From positions 32,001 through 96,000 of the IMG/VR virus record IMGVR_UViG_3300009593_000010: a stretch of 64,000 nucleotides of DNA; one strand, given 5' to 3'. Numbering within the stretch: the first letter of the stretch is position 1; every line of letters starts with the position of its first letter. Made by a program: the position numbers and the translations under genes. Below, piece by piece: positions 50,374-58,993 of this stretch. The notes under the pieces were generated by a model that did not search any database, had not been told where the DNA came from, and saw nothing but the letters and a program-made list of their open reading frames with translations. This DNA is from a virus.

Positions 50374-51326
50374 TAGGTACTAAACATATAATGAGAGCTG
50401 ATACAGAAAGAGAAAAGGAATTAGCAACGAGGGTAGATGTTGCACCAGAGACACAGGGAAGAGTAATATTACAATCACATTGTAGAACTGGACTGTATAA
50501 AGGGTGGCAAATGATAATGCATGGGTTAATAGAGAAAGACCCATACTCTGAATATTGGGATAAGTATAGGACAGATGCATTTAGACATATTCAAAATGCA
50601 ATGGATGGATATCCATCTAGTTCTCAATACTTTGATCATATAAAAAACCCAGTAGAACCATTAATAGGAATGGCACTTTCTACCTATGGTGGTGAAAATC
50701 CTTTTGGAACTAACTTTAAAGATATTGCAAAAGAGATTAAGACTCTAAAACACCAACCACCTTTTGGAGTATTTGGTGCATTCAATGAATGGACTCTTCT
50801 GGACAGAGAAGAAATGAGAGATATTGGATATAAGTTTGTCAATCTACATCGTGCAAACATGAAAGATTGGTTCATATCTGGTCAACTTTCAATGGCAATT
50901 GGTATAAAAGGATGGCATGCATGGGATGATGAAGGGTCAGATTGGTTATTTAATAAGAGAAAATCACTATATGGTAAGTTAATAATTAACAAAGTTGCAC
51001 TGCAAACCTTCTTTTATACAGTAGATAAGTATATGGATACCCTACCTTGTGATGCATATGTGTGTTACGAGTCCTTACAGGGTGCTCCACAGGTGTTTAT
51101 GGAAGAATGCAACTTTAGTGGTAATATACCATTATTAGGGGAAATTGATTCCGAAACCAGACAAATTAGCCACCCAAACAAGAAAACATATAATATCAAA
51201 GAGGGTGAGTATGGATCAGAGTATGTTGGATACCTTGCAATGAGTGAAGATGAATTTAATGGACTATGGGATGAAACAAAACCTCATAATTATCACGATA
51301 AATATGGTATAAGTGGAATAGACTAA
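50370..51326 (+). CDS. Hypothetical protein, weakly sulfotransferase-like
   Basis: ILQSHCRTG near the N-terminus and YVCYESL late, loosely like sulfotransferase PAPS-binding and YEDL motifs. Confidence 0.4.
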   Translation: MIGTKHIMRADTEREKELATRVDVAPETQGRVILQSHCRTGLYKGWQMIMHGLIEKDPYSEYWDKYRTDAFRHIQNAMDGYPSSSQYFDHIKNPVEPLIGMALSTYGGENPFGTNFKDIAKEIKTLKHQPPFGVFGAFNEWTLLDREEMRDIGYKFVNLHRANMKDWFISGQLSMAIGIKGWHAWDDEGSDWLFNKRKSLYGKLIINKVALQTFFYTVDKYMDTLPCDAYVCYESLQGAPQVFMEECNFSGNIPLLGEIDSETRQISHPNKKTYNIKEGEYGSEYVGYLAMSEDEFNGLWDETKPHNYHDKYGISGID

Positions 51327-51946
51327 TGGAACCGAAAAGAATTGATTTTATAGATGAAGATGGTGTTCTCTTATATGAGAATGTAGCATCTAAAGATCAA
51401 TTAGAGAATTGGTATAATAGAATTAAGAGTTATGCTCAATTTAGACAAATGGGAACTGCATCCAAAGGTGATTTGAAACAAGCATGGGCATGGATGGCAA
51501 ACTTTAACTCCGAAAAGATTATTGAGGAGATTAATAGTGACCCAACAATAAAATCTAAGGTTTCAGATGTGGATAAACAACTACCTCAAGGATTTTTAGT
51601 TTTGGAAGAAATATGGACAGTTATTTCTCTAAAGATTGATCATAAATTAGAAGTACAACAACAGTATATCAATGCATTTAATCATGGAGATAATACTTGG
51701 GGACATACAGACTGGTATGACTATACAGTTATCTTTTATCCAAACCCAGAGTGGGATTCTCAAGTTATGGGTGGTGAAACATTATTCTTTAATGATGACT
51801 ATGATTATATAAGATGTGCAGTTGCATGTAAGCCTGGAAATGTTGTAATCTTCAAAGGAGATATACCACATAAGGCTGGATTGGTTTCGAGGGAAACAAA
51901 CCTTGCAAGACTATCAGTTGTATATCAATGTAAAGGTGAAATATGA
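51326..51946 (+). CDS. 2OG-Fe(II) oxygenase
   Basis: GHTD, TVIFYPNPEW...GGETLF, KPGNVVIFKGDIPHKA, RLSVVY. Confidence 0.88.
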   Translation: MEPKRIDFIDEDGVLLYENVASKDQLENWYNRIKSYAQFRQMGTASKGDLKQAWAWMANFNSEKIIEEINSDPTIKSKVSDVDKQLPQGFLVLEEIWTVISLKIDHKLEVQQQYINAFNHGDNTWGHTDWYDYTVIFYPNPEWDSQVMGGETLFFNDDYDYIRCAVACKPGNVVIFKGDIPHKAGLVSRETNLARLSVVYQCKGEI

Positions 51947-52560
51947 AATTAATTGCAAAAGATGATACTACATTAAGAAGTGTAGCAAAGGTGTGGGACT
52001 TTGATAACCCACCAGAGAATTTATTAACTCTAAGGGACAAGTTAATTAATACCATGACAGAAGAAGGTGGTATAGGATTGGCTGCACCACAATGTGGTGT
52101 CCCCTATCGAGTATTTGTAATGAGAGGTGAATCAGAAGAAGAATGTATGTTAATGGTCAATCCAGAAATTGTAGACCATTCAATTGAGACGAGTGGAATG
52201 GAAGAAGGTTGCCTAACAGGTGGACTAGAAGGTATCTTTGCCATTCTCACTCGACCCTCATCAATTCGTGCAAGGTGGCAAAATGAGAATGGTGATGTGC
52301 AAGAGTTGTCTTTTGGTGGATACTCTGCAAGATGTTTTCAACACGAATTAGATCATCTTAATGGTATACTCTTCGTTGATCACTGTAGTCATATAAAATT
52401 AGAGAGAGCAATTAAGAAAAAAGATAAGAGAAAAAAGAAATATGAACGATTTGTTAAGCAACTCCGACAGTTCTCAGCCGAAAATCTTGTACCTCAAGAA
52501 TCTGTTGAGTCCGAAGGAGTGCAAACTTCTGATTCAGTACCACAAAGCAAATCAGAATAA
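51943..52560 (+). CDS. def: Peptide deformylase
   Basis: GIGLAAPQCG, EEGCL, QHELDHLNG. Confidence 0.95.
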   Translation: MKLIAKDDTTLRSVAKVWDFDNPPENLLTLRDKLINTMTEEGGIGLAAPQCGVPYRVFVMRGESEEECMLMVNPEIVDHSIETSGMEEGCLTGGLEGIFAILTRPSSIRARWQNENGDVQELSFGGYSARCFQHELDHLNGILFVDHCSHIKLERAIKKKDKRKKKYERFVKQLRQFSAENLVPQESVESEGVQTSDSVPQSKSE

Positions 52561-53137
52561 AGTTACTTTTAATGATCCCGCGGGGCAATATAATGGTAGA
52601 AGGATACCTTTAGAAAGTATAAATAACTTAACAGTTAAAAGAATTATTGCCAAATATCAATATGATGTTTGTGCTGAAGTTTGGTCTGAAAGGAAAGAAA
52701 GAATCTATCCAGAACAGACTGAAATAATGCGATGGCCGATAGGTGTACCACAGGATATGCATATCGATGTCATGGCTCGAGACGATGGCAAGTGTACGAT
52801 CCCTTTTACGGATTTTGCATCCATCCTGTATCTCAACGATGACTTTGAGGGTGGTGAGACCTACTTTGAAGGTGGTGAAGAAATTAAACCACAAGAGGGT
52901 ATGGTTGCAGTCTTTGAAGGTATGAAGTATTGGCATGGAGTCAATGCAGCTACTGGAAAGGATAGATACACTGTTCCCATATGGTATACCACTGAGTGGA
53001 GAAATATGGAACTTCAAGATCATGGTGGCAAAGATAGACCTAGTGATTTATTTCGTGGGGTTATTGATGCTGGAGATGATGATACAGTAAGGTCTTGGTG
53101 GAAAGAAACCTATTTTCCACATGAAATTAAGGAATAG
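52442..53137 (+). CDS. 2OG-Fe(II) oxygenase (prolyl 4-hydroxylase-like)
   Basis: LKNLLSPKEC, MHID, SILYLNDDFEGGETYF, YWHGV, RYTVPIW. Confidence 0.88.
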   Translation: MNDLLSNSDSSQPKILYLKNLLSPKECKLLIQYHKANQNKVTFNDPAGQYNGRRIPLESINNLTVKRIIAKYQYDVCAEVWSERKERIYPEQTEIMRWPIGVPQDMHIDVMARDDGKCTIPFTDFASILYLNDDFEGGETYFEGGEEIKPQEGMVAVFEGMKYWHGVNAATGKDRYTVPIWYTTEWRNMELQDHGGKDRPSDLFRGVIDAGDDDTVRSWWKETYFPHEIKE

Positions 53138-53159
53138 GTTATTTAAAAGGAAGCAAAAT

Positions 53160-53771
53160 ATGAAAAAATTAGCAATATTAATTATGGGTCTTATGACTAT
53201 GCCATTTATGGTACAAGCTGATGTAGATGGTCATGTGGGTTATACCTCAGACTATTTCTTTAGAGGTGTATCTCAAACGGCTGGACATGGGGCAGTTCAA
53301 GCAGGTTTAGAACTAGATAAAAATGGTTTCTATGTTGGTGCTTGGGGAAGTCAAGTTGACTTCGGTGACGATTCATCATATGAGTACGACCTTTATGGTG
53401 GTTACAGTCTGTCAATATCAGACAATGCAGCCATAGATGTTGGAGTAATACAGTATCGATACGATGGAGAAGGATACGACATGATAGAGGAAGTCTATGC
53501 AGTTGCATCTTACAGTGATCTTACAGTTGGATACTACAAGGATACAGATACAAAGGGTTCATTTATGAATGCAAAGTATGATATATCCAGATTCGTACCA
53601 GTTGTAGATGTTAGTCTTGAGTATGGAAACTTCGAAGGCGGGGACGACTATAAAGCACTTAACATATCAAAAGATTTTGGTAAGTGGACTATAGGTTCTC
53701 AAATTTTGAGTGGTGCAATAGATGATCAGTTCTCTGATTCTGTTGCCGTATATTTCAACTATAATATATAG
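53160..53771 (+). CDS. TorF-family (TIGR02001-like) putative outer-membrane porin with signal peptide
   Basis: MKKLAILIMGLMTMPFMVQA signal; SDYFFRGVSQT, GFYVGAWGSQVDF, EYDLYGGY; aromatic C-terminus. Confidence 0.85.
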   Translation: MKKLAILIMGLMTMPFMVQADVDGHVGYTSDYFFRGVSQTAGHGAVQAGLELDKNGFYVGAWGSQVDFGDDSSYEYDLYGGYSLSISDNAAIDVGVIQYRYDGEGYDMIEEVYAVASYSDLTVGYYKDTDTKGSFMNAKYDISRFVPVVDVSLEYGNFEGGDDYKALNISKDFGKWTIGSQILSGAIDDQFSDSVAVYFNYNI

Positions 53772-53779
53772 AACATGCA

Positions 53780-53807
53780 TGGGACATCACCAAGTGATGG
53801 TGTCCCA
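53780..53807 (+). other. GC-rich stem-loop after the porin gene
   Basis: tgggaca-tcac-caa-gtga-tgg-tgtccca; no clear U-tract. Confidence 0.5.
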
Positions 53808-53824
53808 ACTTGAGTGGAGTAGAA

Positions 53825-53953
53825 GTGGAAACATTAATAAACATTTTAGACATACCATTTACCCTCTTTCAATGGGGATTTAATATTGGTATATGGGCGG
53901 GTCTCATCTTTTATGTATGGACAGAGATTCAAGATTATTTAGAAAATAGGTAA
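53825..53953 (+). CDS. Small membrane protein (42 aa, GTG start, not in ORF track)
   Basis: GGAG SD; METLINILDIPFTLFQWGFNIGIWAGLIFYVWTEIQDYLENR. Confidence 0.5.
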   Translation: METLINILDIPFTLFQWGFNIGIWAGLIFYVWTEIQDYLENR

Positions 53954-53958
53954 TATTT

Positions 53959-54663
53959 ATGATATATCTCAAGGGTATCAACTTAAAAAAAGCAAGAGAA
54001 GGTGTCCAGAGTATAATGAAATCTAAAAGTGATACTAATAGTATTGCTAAGATTGTATTTGCATTTAATGGAAATTGTTTAGACAAAACCATTGATAAAT
54101 GGACAGAGACACCTATGGGTCAAAGATACATGAATGGTGAAAGATTATGTGATCTATTCCCAGAAGGTAAAAATATGCCCAAAAAGTCATTGGGTTATGT
54201 ACATTATGAATACCTAAACTACGACAAGATGGACGAGTTGAAGGTTAGAGTACCAATTAATAAAAATCTAATTACCAAAGATAAAGCTTTTGCAGATTGG
54301 AGTGTAGATTGTCATGACATAATGCACATCTTAACTGGATATGGTTCAGATGGTTTAGGTGAACTACTTAGAGCAGAGTACGAGATATCACAGAACTATA
54401 TGCAAGGATGGAGATTAATTCTAACTGCATTCAAACTAAAGATGTTCTTTATAAACCCCTTAATGTTATATAGAATTAGACATATAATAAGAGAACCTAA
54501 AATTAGGGCCAAGAATTCTAACAACTTCCTCTTTCAAAATTGGTTTGATCTTCTCGAAGAAGATGTTGATTGGATACGAGCTAGGATATTAATGTTAGCC
54601 CCAACTGAGCATTATGAATTTCAACATCCTAGATTTGCACCTTTCATAGAATCACACTTCTGA
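53959..54663 (+). CDS. Coq4-family protein
   Basis: HDIMH-x11-E (HDIMHILTGYGSDGLGE) plus PKKSLG..HY motif. Confidence 0.75.
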   Translation: MIYLKGINLKKAREGVQSIMKSKSDTNSIAKIVFAFNGNCLDKTIDKWTETPMGQRYMNGERLCDLFPEGKNMPKKSLGYVHYEYLNYDKMDELKVRVPINKNLITKDKAFADWSVDCHDIMHILTGYGSDGLGELLRAEYEISQNYMQGWRLILTAFKLKMFFINPLMLYRIRHIIREPKIRAKNSNNFLFQNWFDLLEEDVDWIRARILMLAPTEHYEFQHPRFAPFIESHF

Positions 54664-54741
54664 TAATCCAACAGCACGAGTGACCTTGTGCATCCTACCA
54701 GATTTCATAAGTCTATGAAATCTTTTACATAAATTTCTCAT
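54652..54741 (-). CDS. Small basic protein (29 aa), the only plausible minus-strand gene
   Basis: MRNLCKRFHRLMKSGRMHKVTRAVGLSEV; convergent with and overlapping the Coq4-like stop. Confidence 0.45.
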   Translation of the reverse strand: MRNLCKRFHRLMKSGRMHKVTRAVGLSEV

Positions 54742-54816
54742 ACTATTATATATGACTTTGTGTCACACAAATGTCACATTTCCATTATCTCTCCATTCTC
54801 AGCATGTCACAGTAAT

Positions 54817-54846
54817 TTGACTGTAGGGTACATTTTTTGATATAAT
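54817..54846 (+). promoter_or_regulatory. Early-type promoter copy 1 (TTGACTGTAGGGTACAT...TATAAT) driving tRNA-Asp
   Basis: TTGACT-18-TATAAT with extended -10. Confidence 0.75.
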
Positions 54847-54873
54847 GTATCTAATGTGCAATGCAAAAATATC

Positions 54874-54950
54874 GGTCTGGTAGTTCAATTGGTTAGAATA
54901 CTGCCCTGTCACGGCAGTGGTTGTGGGTTCGAGTCCCATCCAGATCGCCA
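54874..54950 (+). tRNA. trnD: tRNA-Asp (GTC)
   Basis: Acceptor GGTCTGG/CCAGATC, D arm AGTTCAATTGGTTAGAAT, anticodon stem CTGCC-CTGTCAC-GGCAG, T loop GGTTCGAGTCC, G73, encoded CCA. Confidence 0.95.
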
Positions 54951-54958
54951 CATTCTTA

Positions 54959-54988
54959 TTGACTGTAGGGTACATAAAATTGTATAAT
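54959..54988 (+). promoter_or_regulatory. Early-type promoter copy 2
   Basis: TTGACTGTAGGGTACATaaaattgTATAAT; ATG 6 nt downstream. Confidence 0.8.
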
Positions 54989-54994
54989 AGGTAC

Positions 54995-57454
54995 ATGAGA
55001 GAAAACATCCCAAATATGGTAAATAGGAATCAAAAAGACAATCTTGCAAGACTCCTTGCATCAGAAGATTTAGTCATTGAACACAAAAAATGTCCTACTG
55101 CATACTTTGAATTGAAGGCAAGGAAACTTGTTTGTCCAATTCTTAAAGACGATATGTCGTCTAATCTTTATGACTTGTTTATGGGTCATGAAGTTGGTCA
55201 TGCATTAAATACTCCAGAAGAAGGATGGCATTCTGCAGCTTCTAAAAAAGGTGCAAAATATAGAGGATACCTTAATGTCCTAGAGGATGTTAGGATCGAA
55301 AAAGCAATCAAAGAAAAATATGCTGGACTTCGTAGATGTTTCTACGATGCATATAAAGAATTACATCATGATCTTGACTTCTTTGGAGTCAAAAAAATGA
55401 ATGTAAATAAACTTGCATTTATCGATAGAATCAATCTTTATTTTAAAGTTGGTCACTCCTTAATGGTAGATTTCTCTCCAACAGAATTAAAAATAATCAA
55501 CACTATAGCAACCAAAATGGATACTTGGGAAAAAGTTGTGATCATGGCAGATCACTTGTTTGAACTTTCCAAGTTAGAAGATGTTGAGCCTCAAGAACAA
55601 CCAAACCCAATGCAAGTTCCACAATTTGACGATGAAGATGGTACTCCAGAATCAGACGATGAATCTGAGTCTATGCCAATGGGTGGTGATGATGAAGAAA
55701 ATGAAGAAGGTGAAGATGGTGAATCTTCATCTGGTAATGAACCTTCGGATGAAGATGCTGAAGGAGAATCAGATAGTTCAGAATCTTCGGATGAAAAAGA
55801 TGAAGATGATAACACCACTGATGGTGAGGGTACTGAAAAATCAGATGAAGATGAACAAGTTGAATCATCTAAAGAAGGTGGTCAAGATGGTGGTGAGGCA
55901 AATGAGTCTATCACTGATAAGAATTCAAGAGAAAATGAGAAGGATTTCCTTCATGAAGATAATGATACTACTTACGGCACTGATAACGAATACTACGAGT
56001 TAAATACTTCCAATTGGAAATTTCAAGATCATAAAGTTGGGTACAAACAAATCTTTGCAGATTTTGATAATTACTGGAATACTAATACTTATACAAATGA
56101 ACAATACGATTCAGAGACAGACTCTTATGTAAGTGTAGGTCTTAACGATACTACTGATGCAGAAAGATATGTTAATGAGTTTATGTCTCATAACCAAAAG
56201 ATTGTCAATTACATGGCAAAAGAATTTGATATGAGAAAAGCTGCAGCAATGTACAAAAGATCAAGGTCTGCCAAGTCTGGTGAGATCGATATGAGTAAAA
56301 TCCAAAACTACTTAATTAAAGATGATATCTTTAAAAGAGTTAACATCGTTCCAGATGGTAAAAATCATGGTATGATCATGTTGCTTGACTGGTCTGGATC
56401 AATGAGTGATTGCATTAAAGAAACAGTTGAACAATGTGTGATCCTTGCAATGTTTTGCAGAAGAGTTGGTATTCCTCATAGAGTTTATGCATTCAGTGAT
56501 GCATACAACAAAAGAAATGGTAAAAGATTTCTTGGTCAAAAAATTTGGAATGAAGATGATCAAAAATTAGAAGGTGAAGAAAGAACTGCCCAAAGTGATT
56601 TTCGTCATGAAGAAGCAAGAGCAGAAGTTAAAGCTGTTATTGAAAGAGGTGATGCTTATGTTGGTAAAACAAGATTATTAGAATTCTTCTCAGACAAAAT
56701 GAATAATAACGATTTCAAAAAAATGTTAGTCAATGTTTTCTGTGCAGTCGAATCAATGAATTATAGCAGAAGAAAAGGTGAGTTTGCAAATCCAATGTCT
56801 TATGCTCCAGATAACTACAGACTCGGTGGAACACCACTTGATGAAAGTTTACTGATAATGAGAGATTACATTGTAGATTTCAAAATAAACTACAACCTTG
56901 ATAAACTTCAATTCGTGACTCTTACAGATGGATCAAGTTTTGATGCTAATGGACTGAACTACAAACATGGTAATTCAAAATTCCACGATAGAAAAGCAAG
57001 AAAAACTTACGAATACAATTCAAGATATGGTAGAAGGTATGGTGCCCTTAAAGGTTCTGGAACTGATACTTTACTTAACTGGATAGAAGATACCACTGGT
57101 GTTGATACAGTTGGGTTCTTTATTTGTGGTCAAGGGTACAGAGACTTTGATAGTGCTTGTAATCAGTTTTCAAAAATGGACTTGGATTACAGTGAAGAGT
57201 ACGAAAGAAACCAAGAAGGTCATAAAATCTTCAAAAAAGAAGGTGGATACAAATTAGAATGTGGGCCATTGTCTGGATACAAAGAGTTCTATCTTTTAAA
57301 CAAAAAGAAAATGCAGATCGATACTGATGCAGACAACCTCAATGTAGAAGAGGGTGCATCTAAACAAAAACTTAAAGGTGCAATGCTGAGAATGGGTAAA
57401 AACAAACTTGCTCAAAGAAAAATCCTTCAACACTTCATTAAGAAGGTTGCTTGA
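54995..57454 (+). CDS. HExxH metallopeptidase-like plus acidic linker plus vWA domain protein (CobT-like partner)
   Basis: GHEVGHAL, NVLEDVRIEK, D/E-rich linker, MIDAS motif LLDWSGSM, GGTPL, LTDG. Confidence 0.85.
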   Translation: MRENIPNMVNRNQKDNLARLLASEDLVIEHKKCPTAYFELKARKLVCPILKDDMSSNLYDLFMGHEVGHALNTPEEGWHSAASKKGAKYRGYLNVLEDVRIEKAIKEKYAGLRRCFYDAYKELHHDLDFFGVKKMNVNKLAFIDRINLYFKVGHSLMVDFSPTELKIINTIATKMDTWEKVVIMADHLFELSKLEDVEPQEQPNPMQVPQFDDEDGTPESDDESESMPMGGDDEENEEGEDGESSSGNEPSDEDAEGESDSSESSDEKDEDDNTTDGEGTEKSDEDEQVESSKEGGQDGGEANESITDKNSRENEKDFLHEDNDTTYGTDNEYYELNTSNWKFQDHKVGYKQIFADFDNYWNTNTYTNEQYDSETDSYVSVGLNDTTDAERYVNEFMSHNQKIVNYMAKEFDMRKAAAMYKRSRSAKSGEIDMSKIQNYLIKDDIFKRVNIVPDGKNHGMIMLLDWSGSMSDCIKETVEQCVILAMFCRRVGIPHRVYAFSDAYNKRNGKRFLGQKIWNEDDQKLEGEERTAQSDFRHEEARAEVKAVIERGDAYVGKTRLLEFFSDKMNNNDFKKMLVNVFCAVESMNYSRRKGEFANPMSYAPDNYRLGGTPLDESLLIMRDYIVDFKINYNLDKLQFVTLTDGSSFDANGLNYKHGNSKFHDRKARKTYEYNSRYGRRYGALKGSGTDTLLNWIEDTTGVDTVGFFICGQGYRDFDSACNQFSKMDLDYSEEYERNQEGHKIFKKEGGYKLECGPLSGYKEFYLLNKKKMQIDTDADNLNVEEGASKQKLKGAMLRMGKNKLAQRKILQHFIKKVA

Positions 57455-57455
57455 T

Positions 57456-57485
57456 TTGACTGTAGGGTACATAAAAGTGTATAAT
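57456..57485 (+). promoter_or_regulatory. Early-type promoter copy 3
   Basis: TTGACTGTAGGGTACATaaaagtgTATAAT. Confidence 0.8.
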
Positions 57486-57520
57486 AGAAACATGAAAGAT
57501 TATTTAAAAAAAGGAGAACT

Positions 57521-58714
57521 ATGAATTTAAATGCAAATCATTATAGGTTCTTAGATGCTTGTGCAGAACAAATGCCCGGCACTACGGAATTTAGTAAATC
57601 AACAGTGAGGAAAGTATGTGATACTGCTGGTATCCCATTCCCATCATGGTTGATTAGAAAACCCCAGTTTAAAGCTGGTTATGGTACTTACTCGATTGAG
57701 AGTATTGTTTCGGCGGGTTATACCTCAACTCCAGCAGTTGCAAATGCAACTCCAACAACACCAAGTGTTGATGTGGTTCCTGTTCCACAGGCCCCAGTTG
57801 GGTTTAATGTTTTGGATGATAATATTAATATTATTCCTTCAAAGATTCCTAATTATGTCCCTTTTGGACATTTTAACGATTTAAAGAAAATCCTAAAATC
57901 TGGAATTTTCTTCCCAGTTTTCATAACTGGACTTTCTGGAAACGGAAAAACTTTAATGGTTGAACAATTATGTGCTCAAATCAGACGAGAACTTTTCAGA
58001 GTTAACTTTACAGAAGAAACTTGTGAAGATGATTTGATTGGTTCCAACACTTTGGTGAATGGAAACATCATGTTTAGAGAAGGCCCAGTCCTTAAAGCAA
58101 TGAGGAAAGGTGCTGTTCTTCTTCTTGATGAAGTCGATCTTGGTTCTAACAAGATCATGTGCTTACAATCCATCTTGGAAGGTAAAGGATACTTAATCAA
58201 AAAGACTGGTGAAATGGTCGAACCTGCTGAGGGTTTCACAATTTGTGCAACTGCAAATACAAAAGGTAAAGGTTCTGAGGATGGAAGGTTCATAGGAACC
58301 AACATCTTGAATGAAGCATTCCTTGAAAGGTTTGCAATCACTTTGGAACAAGAATATCCACCAGTGAGAACTGAACAAAAAATTGTCAAGAAAGAATTTG
58401 AACTTCTGGATTGTGTGGATGATGAATTTGCAGAGAACCTAGTTAACTGGGCTGATGTAATCAGAAAATCCTTCTACGAAGGTGCAGTTGATGAAGTGAT
58501 CTCAACTAGAAGACTGGTTCACATTGCAAAAGCATTCTCAATGTTCAATGACAAAATCAAAAGTATTGAGGTTTGTCTTAACAGATTTGATGATGATACT
58601 AAATCATCATTCGTTGATCTCTACACCAAAGTTGACGCTGGGGTGTTAGGATCGGATGAATCAGAGTTTGCCACTGATAATGTGGAAGGTGAAACAGACG
58701 ATGACATTATCTAA
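57521..58714 (+). CDS. cobS: MoxR/CobS-like AAA+ ATPase
   Basis: GLSGNGKT, LLLDEVD, ATANTKGKGSEDGRFIGTNILNEAFLERF, ISTRRLVHI. Confidence 0.88.
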   Translation: MNLNANHYRFLDACAEQMPGTTEFSKSTVRKVCDTAGIPFPSWLIRKPQFKAGYGTYSIESIVSAGYTSTPAVANATPTTPSVDVVPVPQAPVGFNVLDDNINIIPSKIPNYVPFGHFNDLKKILKSGIFFPVFITGLSGNGKTLMVEQLCAQIRRELFRVNFTEETCEDDLIGSNTLVNGNIMFREGPVLKAMRKGAVLLLDEVDLGSNKIMCLQSILEGKGYLIKKTGEMVEPAEGFTICATANTKGKGSEDGRFIGTNILNEAFLERFAITLEQEYPPVRTEQKIVKKEFELLDCVDDEFAENLVNWADVIRKSFYEGAVDEVISTRRLVHIAKAFSMFNDKIKSIEVCLNRFDDDTKSSFVDLYTKVDAGVLGSDESEFATDNVEGETDDDII

Positions 58715-58904
58715 TAAGAGTTTCTCTCCTTCGGATTTGAACCAACTCTCTATAAAAGAGTTGGTCAAATTCGTTTATGGTGACGAAAAGGGATGGAAGT
58801 TTGCTGGTGATATAGCAACTTCTCAATATGGAATAGAGATTAATCGAACAAGATTAATCACAAGTGCAGTGGAAAAAATCAATAATCCATATGCTAAGGA
58901 TTGA
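58701..58904 (+). CDS. Hypothetical protein
   Basis: ORF overlapping the AAA+ stop; GAAGGTGA SD-like sequence. Confidence 0.5.
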   Translation: MTLSNKSFSPSDLNQLSIKELVKFVYGDEKGWKFAGDIATSQYGIEINRTRLITSAVEKINNPYAKD

Positions 58905-58909
58905 AGTTT

Positions 58910-58993
58910 ATGAAACATGAACAAGAATTAAAATATCTAGTCCTGTTTATTTTAGGATTTTGCATCGGATACTGGTGCGGAATTAATATATGA
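58910..58993 (+). CDS. Microprotein with one TM helix (27 aa)
   Basis: MKHEQELKYLVLFILGFCIGYWCGINI; ATGA coupling to the next gene. Confidence 0.45.
   Translation: MKHEQELKYLVLFILGFCIGYWCGINI

Noticed and set aside
53772-53824. Second tRNA or known riboswitch at the hairpin after the porin
   Set aside because: Single stem-loop only; no cloverleaf, T-loop or recognisable aptamer consensus.
57521-58714. Genuine cobalamin-biosynthesis auxiliary gene
   Set aside because: CobS-like label reflects MoxR AAA+ similarity only; no cobN or other cob genes, and the partner has protease plus vWA domains.
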